Shown one piece after another: positions 38,786-50,002 of a stretch of DNA of 59,413 nt. The notes beneath the pieces are model-generated. The model worked only from the letters and a program-made list of their open reading frames with translations. It was not told the origin of the DNA and searched no databases. The translations under genes were made by a program, and so were the position numbers. Every line of letters begins with the position of its first letter. Positions within the stretch are counted from its first letter, which is position 1. The stretch lies in NCBI GenBank assembly GCA_002898395.1, contig BEHE01000013.1, positions 1 to 59,413 on the forward strand, given 5' to 3'. The stretch is from Candidatus Calditenuaceae archaeon HR02 (GTDB taxonomy: Archaea; Thermoproteota; Nitrososphaeria_A; Caldarchaeales; Calditenuaceae).

Positions 38786-39076
38786 ATGGATAGTAAATCC
38801 CTCCTAGAGGGCTCCAAGCTCTGGGTCGTGGAAGCGCGCATTCAGCTCAAAAGTTCCCTCAAGGACCCTGAGGGAGAGACTATTCTGAGGGACCTGCTTC
38901 ACAAGAGGGGGGTTAGTGGGGTTGAGGAGGTTAGGACGGCTAAACTTCTCCGCTTCAAGGTAAGGTCGCATAGTAGAGAGGATGCCGAGTCCTTAATCAG
39001 GAAGGTCTGCGATGAGCTGAGACTGTACAATCCTGTCTCGCATACATGCTCTGTTAGAGTGGGTGAAGAGGTGTGA
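38786..39076 (+). CDS. purS: FGAM synthase PurS
   Basis: LK..LKDPEGETI, LYNPV. Confidence 0.92.
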   Translation: MDSKSLLEGSKLWVVEARIQLKSSLKDPEGETILRDLLHKRGVSGVEEVRTAKLLRFKVRSHSREDAESLIRKVCDELRLYNPVSHTCSVRVGEEV

Positions 39077-39777
39077 GGGTTGCTATAGCCAAGTTTCCGG
39101 GCAGCAACTGCGACCAGGACGTAGCGTATGCTATTAGTAGGGTGCCAGGTGCCTGGTCAGAGGTTGTTTGGCACACAGAGCTATCTCCAGAGCGATACGA
39201 ATTGGTGGTCCTGCCCGGCGGCTTCTCTTATGCAGACAGGCTCAGGGCGGGGGCTATAGCTGCTCATACACCACTTATTGAAAAGCTGATAGACTATGTG
39301 AAAGATGGAGGCCTTGTCCTAGGGATATGTAATGGTTTTCAGATCTTGGTGGAGGCCGGGCTTCTTCTAGGCTCGCTCCTCCCCAACAAAGGCCTGAGGT
39401 TCATTTGCAAGTGGGTCAGCCTCAGAGTCATGAACTCTGACACTCCTTTCACCAATGCATTCGAGGAAAGCGAAGTGGTAAAGATGCCTATAGCCCATTA
39501 CGAGGGGCGATACTATGCTGGAGGTCAAGCCCTACGGCTTTTTGAGGAGCGTAGAGTAGCATTCGTGTATGCCGATGAGAGGGGGGGCGTGTCGGAGGAG
39601 TGCAACCCCAATGGCTCGGATAACTCCATAGCCGGCGTCTTTAACGATACTTTTAACGTGTTGGGAATGATGCCACATCCTGAGCGTGCTTCGGACCCCC
39701 TCCTCTCACCCTATGGGACAGAGCATGGCCTCCGAGTTTTCCTCTCAGTTGCAAATTACGTGAAGGGTGGTGCATGA
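39073..39777 (+). CDS. purQ: FGAM synthase PurQ
   Basis: FPGSNC, PGGFSY, GICNGFQ, MMPHPER. Confidence 0.97.
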   Translation: MRVAIAKFPGSNCDQDVAYAISRVPGAWSEVVWHTELSPERYELVVLPGGFSYADRLRAGAIAAHTPLIEKLIDYVKDGGLVLGICNGFQILVEAGLLLGSLLPNKGLRFICKWVSLRVMNSDTPFTNAFEESEVVKMPIAHYEGRYYAGGQALRLFEERRVAFVYADERGGVSEECNPNGSDNSIAGVFNDTFNVLGMMPHPERASDPLLSPYGTEHGLRVFLSVANYVKGGA

Positions 39778-42004
39778 ATTGAGGTTAGTGGAAGAAGTGG
39801 CTGTAACCCTCACAAGTGAGGAGAGGGAGGTGGTGAGGAAGCGTCTAGGGCGTGAACCAAACATTATAGAATGGGCTGTGATTGAAGCATTGTGGTCTGA
39901 GCACTGTAGCTACAAGTCGTCGCGGAATATACTGAAAATGCTTCCCACAGAAGGTGTCCAAGTCCTTGTGGGCCCGGGCTTCGACGCGGGATTAATCGAC
40001 ATCGGCGATGGATTCGTTCTCTCGGTACACATCGAGAGCCATAACCACCCCTCAGCGATAGACCCGTATGGAGGCGCCGCGACAGGTATAGGGGGAGTCG
40101 TGAGAGACATACTATCTGTTGGGACGAGGCCTGTTGCTTTACTTGACTCCCTGCGATTCGGCGAAATAGAGTCTAGCAGCCATTCGAGGTGGCTTCTGAG
40201 AAACGTCGTTAAGGGTATAGCGGACTACGGGAACTGTATTGGCGTTCCAACGATAGCTGGTGAGCTGGAGTTTGACCAATCATTTGAGAGGAACTGCTTG
40301 GTAGACGTCATGTGTATCGGTGCGGGGCGGAGAGAGGAGGTTGTACTGCCGATGGCTACTAGACCTGGCTGCCTCGTAGTCTTGGCCGGTAACACTACTG
40401 GCCGGGATGGAATCCTAGGCGCATCGTTCGCCTCCCAAAGCCTAGACAGTGATGAGGAGGGAAAGCGGTCTGCTGTGCAGATCCCAGACCCCTTTATCGA
40501 GAAGTTGCTGATTGACGCCTTGACGGAGATGTTCGAGCAACGTTTAATCTCCGCAGTAAAAGACTTGGGCGGAGGGGGCCTTGCTACAGCGTTGTCTGAG
40601 CTGGCATACAAGGGCGGCGTTGGCGTAGACGTGGACCTCTCGATGGTTCATAGGAGAGAGACAGACATGACGCCGGTAGAGGTACTCGTCTCTGAGAGTC
40701 AGGAGAGGATGCTCCTCCTAGTTGAGGGTCAAAAGCTCGAGCGTGTGTCAAGAATGCTGGAGAAATATGAGCTTCAGTTCTCTATAATTGGCAGAACAGT
40801 AGAAGAGAGGTTTGTTAGGCTGCGCTGGGAAGGGACACTAATCGCGGAACTTCCACTTAGTGTCCTCGGCGATGCCCCCTCCGTAGCGAGAGCCTCGAGA
40901 AGGCCAGAATACCTCGACACACTAAGGAACACTCCACCACCAAGGGAGCCTGAGGACCTGAACAAGGTTTTCCTAAACCTCCTCGCATCCCCCAACATCT
41001 CCTCAAAAAGCTGGGTCTACGAGCAGTACGACTATGAGGTTGGTGTGAGGACGGTGGTTAAGCCGGGTGATGCGGATGCAGCCATCATTAAGCTTCCCAA
41101 CGGTAAACTAGCAGCTGTTAAGCTTGATGGAGACTCAAAGAAATGCTACATAGATCCTTATAGGGGGGCCATGTGGATTGTTTCGGAAAACTTCAGGAAT
41201 TTGGCTTCTAGTGGTGCTAAACCCTGCGCCATTGTAGATCACCAACAGTTTGGTGATCCAGGTAAACCTGATGTTTATTGGTGCTTCAAGGAGTGTGTCA
41301 GGGGGGTTGCAGACTATTGTATGGCTGTTGGGGTGCCGGTAGTTGGGGGGAAGGTCAGCTTCTATAATGAGGACCTCGTAAGTGGAAGGGCGATAAAACC
41401 ATCCCCAGTAATCGGCGGCATAGGGTTACTCTCTGACGAAGATATGGTGACGACTCTCTCCCTTAAGCGGAGTGGTGACTACATCGTTGTCCTAGGCGTC
41501 ACTACAGGTGAGCTTGGCGGTTCAGAATACTATGAATACATTCACCGCATATGCGGAGGTGAGGTCCCCCTCGTCGACCCATTGAGTGACTGGCAGTTGA
41601 TTGAGGCAGTTCTTAATTTGAGGAGAATGGGTGTACTGCGTGCTGCTCACGATGTATCGAAGGGGGGATTAGCTGTATCGCTGGCTGAGATGGCGGTGAG
41701 GGGGAGGATTGGCCTGACAGCCGAGCTCTCCAAACTCCCCGTCAGGGGTAGGGTTCTCAGGCGGGATGGGCTGCTGTTCTCGGAGGGGGGAAGCAGGATC
41801 GTTGTAGAGGTTGATAGGGAGAGGTTCAGGGAGGCTGAGATGGCCCTTAGGCGCCACTCCGTTCCATTTGCTGTGATCGGTGAGACCGGCGGAAATGAAA
41901 TCTCAATTAAGATGAACGGTGAACAGGTCATCAACTTGACTGTTGGGGAGGTTGAGGAAAGGTGGCATTATTCTCTTGAACGTTTAATGGAGGGGTATTC
42001 ATGA
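39767..42004 (+). CDS. purL: FGAM synthase PurL
   Basis: WSEHCSYKSS, ESHNHPS, SESQERM, GGKVSFYN. Confidence 0.97.
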   Translation: MVHELRLVEEVAVTLTSEEREVVRKRLGREPNIIEWAVIEALWSEHCSYKSSRNILKMLPTEGVQVLVGPGFDAGLIDIGDGFVLSVHIESHNHPSAIDPYGGAATGIGGVVRDILSVGTRPVALLDSLRFGEIESSSHSRWLLRNVVKGIADYGNCIGVPTIAGELEFDQSFERNCLVDVMCIGAGRREEVVLPMATRPGCLVVLAGNTTGRDGILGASFASQSLDSDEEGKRSAVQIPDPFIEKLLIDALTEMFEQRLISAVKDLGGGGLATALSELAYKGGVGVDVDLSMVHRRETDMTPVEVLVSESQERMLLLVEGQKLERVSRMLEKYELQFSIIGRTVEERFVRLRWEGTLIAELPLSVLGDAPSVARASRRPEYLDTLRNTPPPREPEDLNKVFLNLLASPNISSKSWVYEQYDYEVGVRTVVKPGDADAAIIKLPNGKLAAVKLDGDSKKCYIDPYRGAMWIVSENFRNLASSGAKPCAIVDHQQFGDPGKPDVYWCFKECVRGVADYCMAVGVPVVGGKVSFYNEDLVSGRAIKPSPVIGGIGLLSDEDMVTTLSLKRSGDYIVVLGVTTGELGGSEYYEYIHRICGGEVPLVDPLSDWQLIEAVLNLRRMGVLRAAHDVSKGGLAVSLAEMAVRGRIGLTAELSKLPVRGRVLRRDGLLFSEGGSRIVVEVDRERFREAEMALRRHSVPFAVIGETGGNEISIKMNGEQVINLTVGEVEERWHYSLERLMEGYS

Positions 42005-43422
42005 GAGAGAAATGCGGAGTTATAGCTGCAAAGTCGTACAGCGGTGCGGGAGTGTCATGGACCATAGTTAATGGGTTGAGGGCTCTGCAACATAGGGGGC
42101 AGGAAGCGTGGGGGATATCGCTTTCCAGCGGGTGGATTTTCAAGAGGTCTGGGCTCGTATCCGAAAGCATCAAGGAATTTAGAGAGAGGCTATCAAATAG
42201 TGATGGATGCGCCGGTATAGGACACGTAAGATACTCCACCGTCGGGGGCCAGGAGCATATCCAACCAATAGACGTCGGCCCTTTCAGAATAGCGCATAAC
42301 GGAACAATAGCAAACTATAGGAGTCTGATGAATGGAGTACTGTCAAGCATCGGAGAGCATCCGAGCGACACACTTGTCGCCGGGTTAAAGCTCAAAAGTA
42401 TATTATCTGAAAAGGGGTATGACTGGGCCGAGGCGCTCAGAGAGTTCTCCAAAATGGTGGCTGGGTCATTCTGTTTCACGTTGGACCTCAAGTCTGGCCA
42501 AGTTATGGCTATAAGAGACCCGTGGGGCTATCGGCCTTTATGCATTGGACACGTGGAGGAGAGTGACACGTATGTGGTCGCCTCTGAAAGCTGTGCACTA
42601 GACCTCGTCGGCGCCAAACTACTCCGCGACGTAAGGCCTGGAGAAATCGTATATTTAGGAGAGGATGGGCCAGAGTTCATTCAGTTTGAGGAGAACAGGG
42701 TTAGGAGGACGTGTGCCTTCGAGTACACATATTTCGCTCATCCCAGCTCAGTGATTGACGGCGTAAGCGTCTATGGGGTGAGAAAAAGAGTCGGGATGCT
42801 GTTAGCCGAGAGGTATCCTATAGACGGAGACGTTGTAATTCCTGTCCCCGATTCCGCCAGGCCTGCGGCTCTTGGTTATGCTGAGAAGCTGGGAATACCC
42901 TTCGAGGAAGGCCTCATAAAGGACAGGTACTCGAGGAAGGGGGGCTGGAGGAGCTTCATAGAGCCAGAGGATAGTTCGAGAAGGGAGATAAACAGCTGGA
43001 TGTTCCCCGTAAAGTATAGCGTGTATGGGAAGGACGTTATATTGGTTGATGACAGCATAGTGAGGGGTGTCAGCTCCACCGAGATCGTTAGGACATTGAG
43101 GAGGGCTGGTGCAAAAAGCATCAATCTAGTCGTCACATTTCCACCCATCATGTACCCCTGTTTCATGGGCATTGATTTCCCGGAGCCGCAGGAACTCGTC
43201 GCACATAGGGCAACCGACGGTAGTGAAATGAGCTTGGAGGTGGTCGGTGCAAAGGTAGCTAAGATGATAGGGGCTGATAGGGTCGTCTATAACGATCCGC
43301 TAACATTAGCTGAGGCGATAGAGAAAGAGCTGGGCGAGTTATGCATTACATGCCACACCGGCGAATATTATCCTCTGAGGGGAGTGCCTCTCGGCATAAG
43401 TAGGAAGGTACTGAAGGGGTGA
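42001..43422 (+). CDS. purF: Amidophosphoribosyltransferase
   Basis: CGV, LQHRGQE, GHVRYST, HNG, LVDDSIVRG. Confidence 0.96.
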   Translation: MREKCGVIAAKSYSGAGVSWTIVNGLRALQHRGQEAWGISLSSGWIFKRSGLVSESIKEFRERLSNSDGCAGIGHVRYSTVGGQEHIQPIDVGPFRIAHNGTIANYRSLMNGVLSSIGEHPSDTLVAGLKLKSILSEKGYDWAEALREFSKMVAGSFCFTLDLKSGQVMAIRDPWGYRPLCIGHVEESDTYVVASESCALDLVGAKLLRDVRPGEIVYLGEDGPEFIQFEENRVRRTCAFEYTYFAHPSSVIDGVSVYGVRKRVGMLLAERYPIDGDVVIPVPDSARPAALGYAEKLGIPFEEGLIKDRYSRKGGWRSFIEPEDSSRREINSWMFPVKYSVYGKDVILVDDSIVRGVSSTEIVRTLRRAGAKSINLVVTFPPIMYPCFMGIDFPEPQELVAHRATDGSEMSLEVVGAKVAKMIGADRVVYNDPLTLAEAIEKELGELCITCHTGEYYPLRGVPLGISRKVLKG

Positions 43423-44720
43423 GCCCCATGACAGGGGTATTTGCGTTGTATACATTTGGCGAGGAACGGGAGAAGTGGAACTCCATAAGATTTGTTTACT
43501 ACGGGCTTCAGGCTTTGCAGGGGCGTGGACAGGAGTCGAGCAGCATTGCGTGGATTAATTCCTCAGGGGAGCTGGTGACCGCGAGTGCGAAGGGGCCTGT
43601 CAACCGGCTCTTAGACATCGTCGAGAAGGAAAAAGGACATACCGCTATCGGACTCGTCTCAGCCTACGAGGAGGATTACATAGTATGTGTAGAGAAGCCT
43701 GTAAAGCTGGTAGTGGCGGGTGATGGGAGAGTGGGTGAGGTTGAAGACAGGCGGGAATCCTTCAGGCTGCTAGGACAGTACGTAGCCGGAGAGGTCGCAA
43801 GGGGCTGTGACATCTTGAATGCTACGGTCAAGGCAGTGTCAGAGCTAGATGGTGGCTACTCATTCATAATCTTGACCGAGCGGCAGGAGCTTGTCTGCGG
43901 CCGCTCGCGTATAGGAGTTAAGCCCTTGGTGATAGGTAGCATTGGATTCGATATGGGTTGTGTGTCGTCAGAAAGTGCCGCCGTTGACGTGGTAGGAGCC
44001 ACATTGTCATCAGAACTATCAGCGGGTGAAGTGGTCGCAATGACTCCACTCAGTATTAGACGCGACAAAGCTGACGGCGGGAGAGAAATGATCTGTAGCT
44101 TCGAGTATGTCTACTTATCCAGGCCTGACTCGCAAATACTCGGCCGCCCAGTCTACGAGGTTAGGGAGAAGATCGGAGAAATCCTTGCAAAGCATGACGA
44201 TGTTTCAGCAAATGTTGTTATAGGTATCCCTGACACCGCTATACCCTTCGCCCTCGGCTACTCGAGAATGAGGGGGCTGCCTTGCAAGCTAGGTTTCGTG
44301 AGGACAGGCGAGCCCGTTAGATCCGCGCTTAAACTTACGCAGCTGGAACGCCTCATTGGTCTACAGCTAAAGCTAAACCCGATAAGCTCTTCGGTAGATG
44401 GTAAGGACATAGTCCTGATCGACGATAGCCTCGTTAGGGGTAACACGCTGAAGAACGTTGTGTCATCGCTCAGGAGAAAGGGGGCTTTACAGGTTCATGT
44501 CAGGGTGGGTAGCCCTCCTATTGTCGACGGGTGCCCTTACGGTGCAGAAATACCCCCCGTCGACGAACTTATCGCACGTGACCTTAGTAGCGACGAAATA
44601 AGCAGAGTAATAGGCTGCGACAGCTTCTCATACCTAGCGGTGGCGGACTTAATCGAGGCAATAGGGCTGAATTTGAGTAATGTCTGTGTAAAGTGTTTTC
44701 GGGGAGGGGACAGAAGGTGA
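43419..44720 (+). CDS. PurF paralog lacking glutaminase residues
   Basis: MTGV instead of CG; LQGRGQE; no HNG; retains CSFEYVY and IDDSLVRG. Confidence 0.88.
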   Translation: MSPMTGVFALYTFGEEREKWNSIRFVYYGLQALQGRGQESSSIAWINSSGELVTASAKGPVNRLLDIVEKEKGHTAIGLVSAYEEDYIVCVEKPVKLVVAGDGRVGEVEDRRESFRLLGQYVAGEVARGCDILNATVKAVSELDGGYSFIILTERQELVCGRSRIGVKPLVIGSIGFDMGCVSSESAAVDVVGATLSSELSAGEVVAMTPLSIRRDKADGGREMICSFEYVYLSRPDSQILGRPVYEVREKIGEILAKHDDVSANVVIGIPDTAIPFALGYSRMRGLPCKLGFVRTGEPVRSALKLTQLERLIGLQLKLNPISSSVDGKDIVLIDDSLVRGNTLKNVVSSLRRKGALQVHVRVGSPPIVDGCPYGAEIPPVDELIARDLSSDEISRVIGCDSFSYLAVADLIEAIGLNLSNVCVKCFRGGDRR

Positions 44721-44730
44721 TTCGCACTCC

Positions 44731-46242
44731 ATGATAAAGGTCTTAGGCGTTGGTGGGGGTGCTAGGGAACACGCCTTGGCCGAGAAGATCAGAGCTAGCA
44801 AATACTCCCCAAGAATCTACTGGATTGCGGAGTGGAGGAACCCTGGTATATCTAGGATCTGCGAGCAGAGCGGTGGAGCCTATTTCATCGGCAGGACTAC
44901 GGACGCCGCACTGGTATCCCAGAAGGCGAAACAACTCGGCGTGGACATGGTGGTTATAGGGCCTGAAGAGCCAAACTTCTACGGAGTTGTTGACGCGGTA
45001 GAGGGTGCTGGTGTCCCATGTATAGGTGCTAAACGAGAACTAGCTGTGATCGAGCAGTCAAAAGCATCCCTCAGGAGGCTCCAGTGGGAATACAACCTTC
45101 CCGGTAAACTTCTATTTAAGACCTTTACCGACCTCGACTCCGCGCTCTCAGCCCTCCAAGAGGCTAGCAGGTCGTTGAGTTGGATGCAGAACGTAGTCCT
45201 AAAACCAGCTAGACAGGCCGGAGGGAAAGGTGTCAAGGTAGTTGAGGACAGACAGGCATACCTGATCAACGAGAAGCTCTCATTCAAGCTGGGCCATACA
45301 GAGTGGCTTATGGAATACATGCGGGGATATAACGACATAGAGGAGAAGATCTTGGTGGAAGAGAATGTCTGGGGCCCTGAATACACGTTGCAGGCATTCT
45401 CTGATGGAAAGACGCTCGTGGGGATGCCGCTGGTACAGGACAATAAACACGCATTTGACTTCGATATAGGCCCTGAGACGGGTGGAATGGGAAGTATAGC
45501 TGGGCCGGATATGACACTTCCATTCATCACGGAGGAGGAATACGATACATCATTGAAGACGGTAAAAGCGGTGGTTGACGCAATTCAAGACAGGACAGGC
45601 CTAGAGTATAGAGGGTTTGTTGCGGGCCAAATGATGCTGACAGAGGTAGAGGGCCCCACCGTAATTGAAATGTACAGTAGGCTCGGCGACCCCGAGGCCC
45701 TCAATGTCCTCTCCATGCTAGGGACTGACATATTAGATGTCCTCTACGCCATCATAGACTCCCGGCTTTCAAAGACAATTATACGGTTCAACAACGTGGC
45801 CACAGTTGTTAAGGCCCTAGCGCCAGAGGGCTATCCAGATTACAAGGATGCTGCTAAAGGCCACGAGGTAATGGTCAATGAAGAAGATGTTGAACGCAGG
45901 GGGTGCAGGCTCTACTGGGGGGCAGCACATCTAGAGGCGGGCAGAATAGTCACAACAGGGTCGAGGACAATCGAGCTGCTGGGAATGTCCGGCACGATAA
46001 TGGAGGCAGCCAAGCTTGTGAATAATTGCTTAGATATTCCACAGTTGAGGGGGTGGCGTTTCTTTTACCGATACGACATAGGAACCAACGAGCTGATGAA
46101 GAGAAGATACAAGCTGGCGGAGACCGTGAGAAGGCTGTATAAGTTTAGGGCCTCGCGCGGGACCTTAGCAGTGAGGGTAGACTGGATTCCTGGTAGAGGG
46201 TTGATTGATCCGAGTAATGAGGTGTTGAAGAATATTGCCTAA
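44731..46242 (+). CDS. purD: Phosphoribosylamine-glycine ligase
   Basis: [33 protein letters not shown]. Confidence 0.96.
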   Translation: MIKVLGVGGGAREHALAEKIRASKYSPRIYWIAEWRNPGISRICEQSGGAYFIGRTTDAALVSQKAKQLGVDMVVIGPEEPNFYGVVDAVEGAGVPCIGAKRELAVIEQSKASLRRLQWEYNLPGKLLFKTFTDLDSALSALQEASRSLSWMQNVVLKPARQAGGKGVKVVEDRQAYLINEKLSFKLGHTEWLMEYMRGYNDIEEKILVEENVWGPEYTLQAFSDGKTLVGMPLVQDNKHAFDFDIGPETGGMGSIAGPDMTLPFITEEEYDTSLKTVKAVVDAIQDRTGLEYRGFVAGQMMLTEVEGPTVIEMYSRLGDPEALNVLSMLGTDILDVLYAIIDSRLSKTIIRFNNVATVVKALAPEGYPDYKDAAKGHEVMVNEEDVERRGCRLYWGAAHLEAGRIVTTGSRTIELLGMSGTIMEAAKLVNNCLDIPQLRGWRFFYRYDIGTNELMKRRYKLAETVRRLYKFRASRGTLAVRVDWIPGRGLIDPSNEVLKNIA

Positions 46243-46681
46243 GGTGGCTATAGTGGCGGGCAGTAGGTCTGACGAGAAGCTGGTCAACGAAGCCAGAGAG
46301 GTCCTCGAGAGTCTTGGCATAAACAATGAGGTTGCGTTCATCTCAGCCCACCGGGACCCTGAGAGGCTGAGAGAGTATGTCCTAAGGACCGATGCGGACA
46401 TCTTTATAGCCATAGCAGGCCTAGCAGCACACCTGCCAGGAGTAATAGCCTCCACCACAATCAAGCCTGTGATAGGAGTACCGGTATCCGCAAAGCTGGG
46501 CGGACTAGACTCACTACTCTCAATTGTCCAGATGCCCTACGGAGTACCCGTAGCTACGGTGGGAATAGACAACGCTAAAAACGCGGCTATACTCGCAGCC
46601 GAAGTCTTAGCTTTGAAATACGAGGAGATTAGAGAACGCCTCTCCAATCTACGCGAGTCTCTGCGAGGTGGGGTGAGGTGA
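46235..46681 (+). CDS. purE: N5-CAIR mutase / AIR carboxylase
   Basis: [31 protein letters not shown]. Confidence 0.96.
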   Translation: MPKVAIVAGSRSDEKLVNEAREVLESLGINNEVAFISAHRDPERLREYVLRTDADIFIAIAGLAAHLPGVIASTTIKPVIGVPVSAKLGGLDSLLSIVQMPYGVPVATVGIDNAKNAAILAAEVLALKYEEIRERLSNLRESLRGGVR

Positions 46682-47511
46682 GGCTTCTAAGGCGCGGAAA
46701 GGTTAAGGATATATACGAACTCGACGAGAAGACACTTCTCTTCAAGTTTAGTGATAGAGTTTCAGCCTTCGACGTAATTCTCCCCACCCCCATCCCACGG
46801 AAGGGAGAGGTCTTGTGCAGGTTTGCAAAGTTCTTCTTCGAAAACCTAGGGGTTGCACATCATATGGTCGAGATGAATCCACCCAACAGCCTGCTTGTCA
46901 AGAAGCTGAAGATAGTTCCTATAGAATTTGTTGTACGCGGCTACCTGTATGGAAGCCTCTACGAAAGAGTAATCAGGGGGGAGGTGAAAAACTTAGGAAT
47001 CGAGTCCATTCTAGCCGCCAGACTACCTAAACCACTACTTGACCCGACAACTAAATCCGACTTGATGGACGTCCCAATAACTCGTGAAGAGATACTGTCA
47101 TCATCAATAATCGATGAGGAGAGGCTCAGATACATGGAGTCGACTTCAATAGCAATCTATGAGAAGATTAGTAGGTTGGCGGATAAGGCAGGATTCATAT
47201 TAGCTGACCTCAAGCTAGAGTATGGTATCGACGAGTCTGGCGAGGTCCTCCTAGCAGACTCCATAGGTCCCGACGAATTCAGACTATGGCCCGCGGAAAC
47301 GTACTCCCCAGGTAAGCCGCAGGAGAGTTATGATAAGCAGATTGTGAGAGACTGGCTCATAAAGACCGGATACAAGTCTAGGCTAGATGAAGCTAGATCG
47401 AAGGGCTTGCCCCCGCCCCCACCACCCGAGCTACCTAGAGAGATCGTGGAGTTTACCTCCATGCGCTACATTGAGGCTTACGAGAGGCTGACGGGTGAGG
47501 TGTTTGGGTAG
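46678..47511 (+). CDS. purC: SAICAR synthetase
   Basis: [27 protein letters not shown]. Confidence 0.96.
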   Translation: MRLLRRGKVKDIYELDEKTLLFKFSDRVSAFDVILPTPIPRKGEVLCRFAKFFFENLGVAHHMVEMNPPNSLLVKKLKIVPIEFVVRGYLYGSLYERVIRGEVKNLGIESILAARLPKPLLDPTTKSDLMDVPITREEILSSSIIDEERLRYMESTSIAIYEKISRLADKAGFILADLKLEYGIDESGEVLLADSIGPDEFRLWPAETYSPGKPQESYDKQIVRDWLIKTGYKSRLDEARSKGLPPPPPPELPREIVEFTSMRYIEAYERLTGEVFG

Positions 47512-48535
47512 TTCAGAGAGATGGACATATGCACAGGCAGGTGTTGACAGAGTGGCCATCTCGCGCCTCCACAAGATGTTGTGTTCTCTCAGAGTTAATC
47601 GGAGGATAGTTGTCAAGGGCCCCGGTGATTATGCAGGCATAATTAGGATTAAGGGTCTAAAATTGGCGTTACATGTAGATGGAGTTGGGACAAAAACTCT
47701 CCTAGCTTCAGAGCCCGAAGAATTCAGGGCGATAGGAATAGATGCTGTAGCCATGAATGTAAATGACATTATATGCGTAGGTGCGAGGCCCCTCGCGGTG
47801 CTGGACTATATTGCTCTCCGAAAACCGATGCCAATGGTTGTAGAAAACATAGTTAATGGTATAAAGGAGGCCTGTAGTAAGGTCGGTGCTGAGCTGGTCG
47901 GAGGCGAAACCGCTATTATGCCGGGGCTATTCTCAGAAGAGTCCTACTTAGATGTGGTGGCTGCATGTGTCGGAGAGGTGGTCTACGGCCCTCTGCCAGG
48001 GTATCTGAAGGCTGGTGACCAACTCGTAGGGCTGGCTAGCTCTGGCCTGCACAGCAACGGGTTCAGCCTAGTTAGGCAGCTACTGTTAAAAGGCAGGGGG
48101 TACAGATTAGACGATTATATACCGTCTCTGGGGAAAAAGTTACGTGAAGAACTGCTCAAGCCAACTAGGATCTACGTAAAGCCGCTGATGAAGCTGTTTA
48201 GATACGGTCCTAAGCCAATCGCAGTGGCGCATATAACTGGGGGTGGTTTCCTCAAAACTAAACGCATTACGAAGGGCAGAAAGCTGGCCCTGATCTTCGA
48301 CTCACTCCCCAGTCCACCCAGAATCTTCGAGCTTATACAGGAGGAAGGAAATATTGACGAGCTTGAAATGTACAAGACCTTTAACATGGGCGTCGGCATG
48401 GTTCTCTGCGTACGAGGTTTTCAGGCACAAGAGGTTGCCAAGAAGTTAAACCGTATGGGCATCCTATCGTCAATCGTTGGGCGGGTCGAGCGTGGTGAAG
48501 GGGTCTATATAGGTGAAAGGAGGTTGGATGAATGA
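47495..48535 (+). CDS. purM: AIR synthetase
   Basis: YAQAGVD, DGVGTK, GGETA, SSGLHSNG, TFNMG. Confidence 0.96.
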   Translation: MRCLGSSERWTYAQAGVDRVAISRLHKMLCSLRVNRRIVVKGPGDYAGIIRIKGLKLALHVDGVGTKTLLASEPEEFRAIGIDAVAMNVNDIICVGARPLAVLDYIALRKPMPMVVENIVNGIKEACSKVGAELVGGETAIMPGLFSEESYLDVVAACVGEVVYGPLPGYLKAGDQLVGLASSGLHSNGFSLVRQLLLKGRGYRLDDYIPSLGKKLREELLKPTRIYVKPLMKLFRYGPKPIAVAHITGGGFLKTKRITKGRKLALIFDSLPSPPRIFELIQEEGNIDELEMYKTFNMGVGMVLCVRGFQAQEVAKKLNRMGILSSIVGRVERGEGVYIGERRLDE

Positions 48536-49245
48536 GGCTCGCCGTCCTCGCCTCAGGTGGGGGCTCCATCTTCCAATCAATAGTGGATCATGTGAGGCTT
48601 GGGGTACTCCAGGGAGTAGAAGTAACTCTCCTCGTCTGTAATAGGCCCGGCGCCGGTGCATTGGAGCGCGCAAGAAAATCTGGAGTAAAGTCGCTCCTTA
48701 TAACCTCCAGACGGGATGATGGATCAAAGAAGAGCAAGGCTGTTTTTGAATCGGAGATAATAGGGGCGCTCAAGGAGCACGGAATAGATCTCATCTTCTT
48801 GGCGGGGTGGGACAAAATACTGGACGCCACGGTCGATGAATATCCATACCGGATAATGAATAGCCATCCGTCGCTTCTACCCGCCTTCTCGGGCTTATAT
48901 GGCCTTGACGTACACAGGGCAGTTTTAGATAGAGGGTGTAAGATATCGGGATGCACAGTGCACTATGTTGACAAAGGTGTTGACACGGGACCAATTATAC
49001 TGCAGAGAGCTGTGCCCGTCTCTGAATATGAGACGCCTGAGACGTTAGCCGGGAAGGTTAAGGCCGTTGAACAACTGCTCGCGCCGATGGCAATTCAACT
49101 ACATGTCGACGGACGAGTATCCCTCGTAAACAAGGGTCAAAGCATCGTCACACACATCGATTACAGCGGGGGTTGGCTTGAGGGGTGGAGGGAGAGGCAG
49201 CAACACTACCTAGAGGTCCGAGGTGAGGTGTATGGGGAAGGTTAG
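48532..49245 (+). CDS. purN: GAR formyltransferase (folate-dependent)
   Basis: ASGGGS, NSHPSLLP, GCTVHYVD.GVDTGPII. Confidence 0.93.
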   Translation: MRLAVLASGGGSIFQSIVDHVRLGVLQGVEVTLLVCNRPGAGALERARKSGVKSLLITSRRDDGSKKSKAVFESEIIGALKEHGIDLIFLAGWDKILDATVDEYPYRIMNSHPSLLPAFSGLYGLDVHRAVLDRGCKISGCTVHYVDKGVDTGPIILQRAVPVSEYETPETLAGKVKAVEQLLAPMAIQLHVDGRVSLVNKGQSIVTHIDYSGGWLEGWRERQQHYLEVRGEVYGEG

Positions 49246-50002
49246 GATCGCCTTCATGGCGTCGGGTCGTGGAAGTAATTTCGAGGCTGTGCTGGACCAT
49301 GTAGAGCTGGATGTGTTAAGGAACTGCGAGGTTGTGTTGCTTGTAGCCAATAGGGCAGGCTGTCGTGCTATACGAATAGCAGAGGAGCGTGGAATAGAGT
49401 ATATTCACATGGACCATAGAGGAAAATCTTTACACGAGTATGAAGGTGAGTTGGTCCACGTACTGAAGGAGAAGAGGATAGATCTAATTGTCTTGGCGGG
49501 CTGGGACTGGATGGTGGGTAGAACTCTCCGCACTGCATATGAGTGGAGGTTAATGGCAATACACCCATCACTACACCCCTCCTTTACCGGCGACCTACTA
49601 TCAGCGGAAGAGGTCCACAGAGCTGTTCTGGAGAGTGGAGTAAAGGTTACTGGATGTACTGTCTACTATGTTGGTGTAAACGTCGATATGGGTCCTATAA
49701 TTCTCCAGAAGACGGTGGAAATCACGAATGAGGTTCTGGAACTCTATATTCGAGCCCCTGTTGAGGCAGTCAAGAGGCTGGAACAAAAAGTCCTATATCA
49801 GGAGCACCTGATGCTGCCTAAAGCTATACAGCTTCATGTTGACGGAAGACTTGAACCGGTTCTGATTAGGTCTGAGGACATGGATAGGTGGATAGTGTTG
49901 GTTAGAGAGGACCCGGATTGGAAGAAGTGCTGGGAGGCGCGGCAGTTGAGATACATTGAATTTAAGCTGAGAAGGGCTGAGGTCTCGCAGGGGGTTGAAT
50001 AA
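49223..50002 (+). CDS. Second PurN-family formyltransferase
   Basis: ASGRGSN, AIHPSL (Asn to Ala), GCTVYYV, VDMGPII. Confidence 0.85.
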   Translation: MRCMGKVRIAFMASGRGSNFEAVLDHVELDVLRNCEVVLLVANRAGCRAIRIAEERGIEYIHMDHRGKSLHEYEGELVHVLKEKRIDLIVLAGWDWMVGRTLRTAYEWRLMAIHPSLHPSFTGDLLSAEEVHRAVLESGVKVTGCTVYYVGVNVDMGPIILQKTVEITNEVLELYIRAPVEAVKRLEQKVLYQEHLMLPKAIQLHVDGRLEPVLIRSEDMDRWIVLVREDPDWKKCWEARQLRYIEFKLRRAEVSQGVE

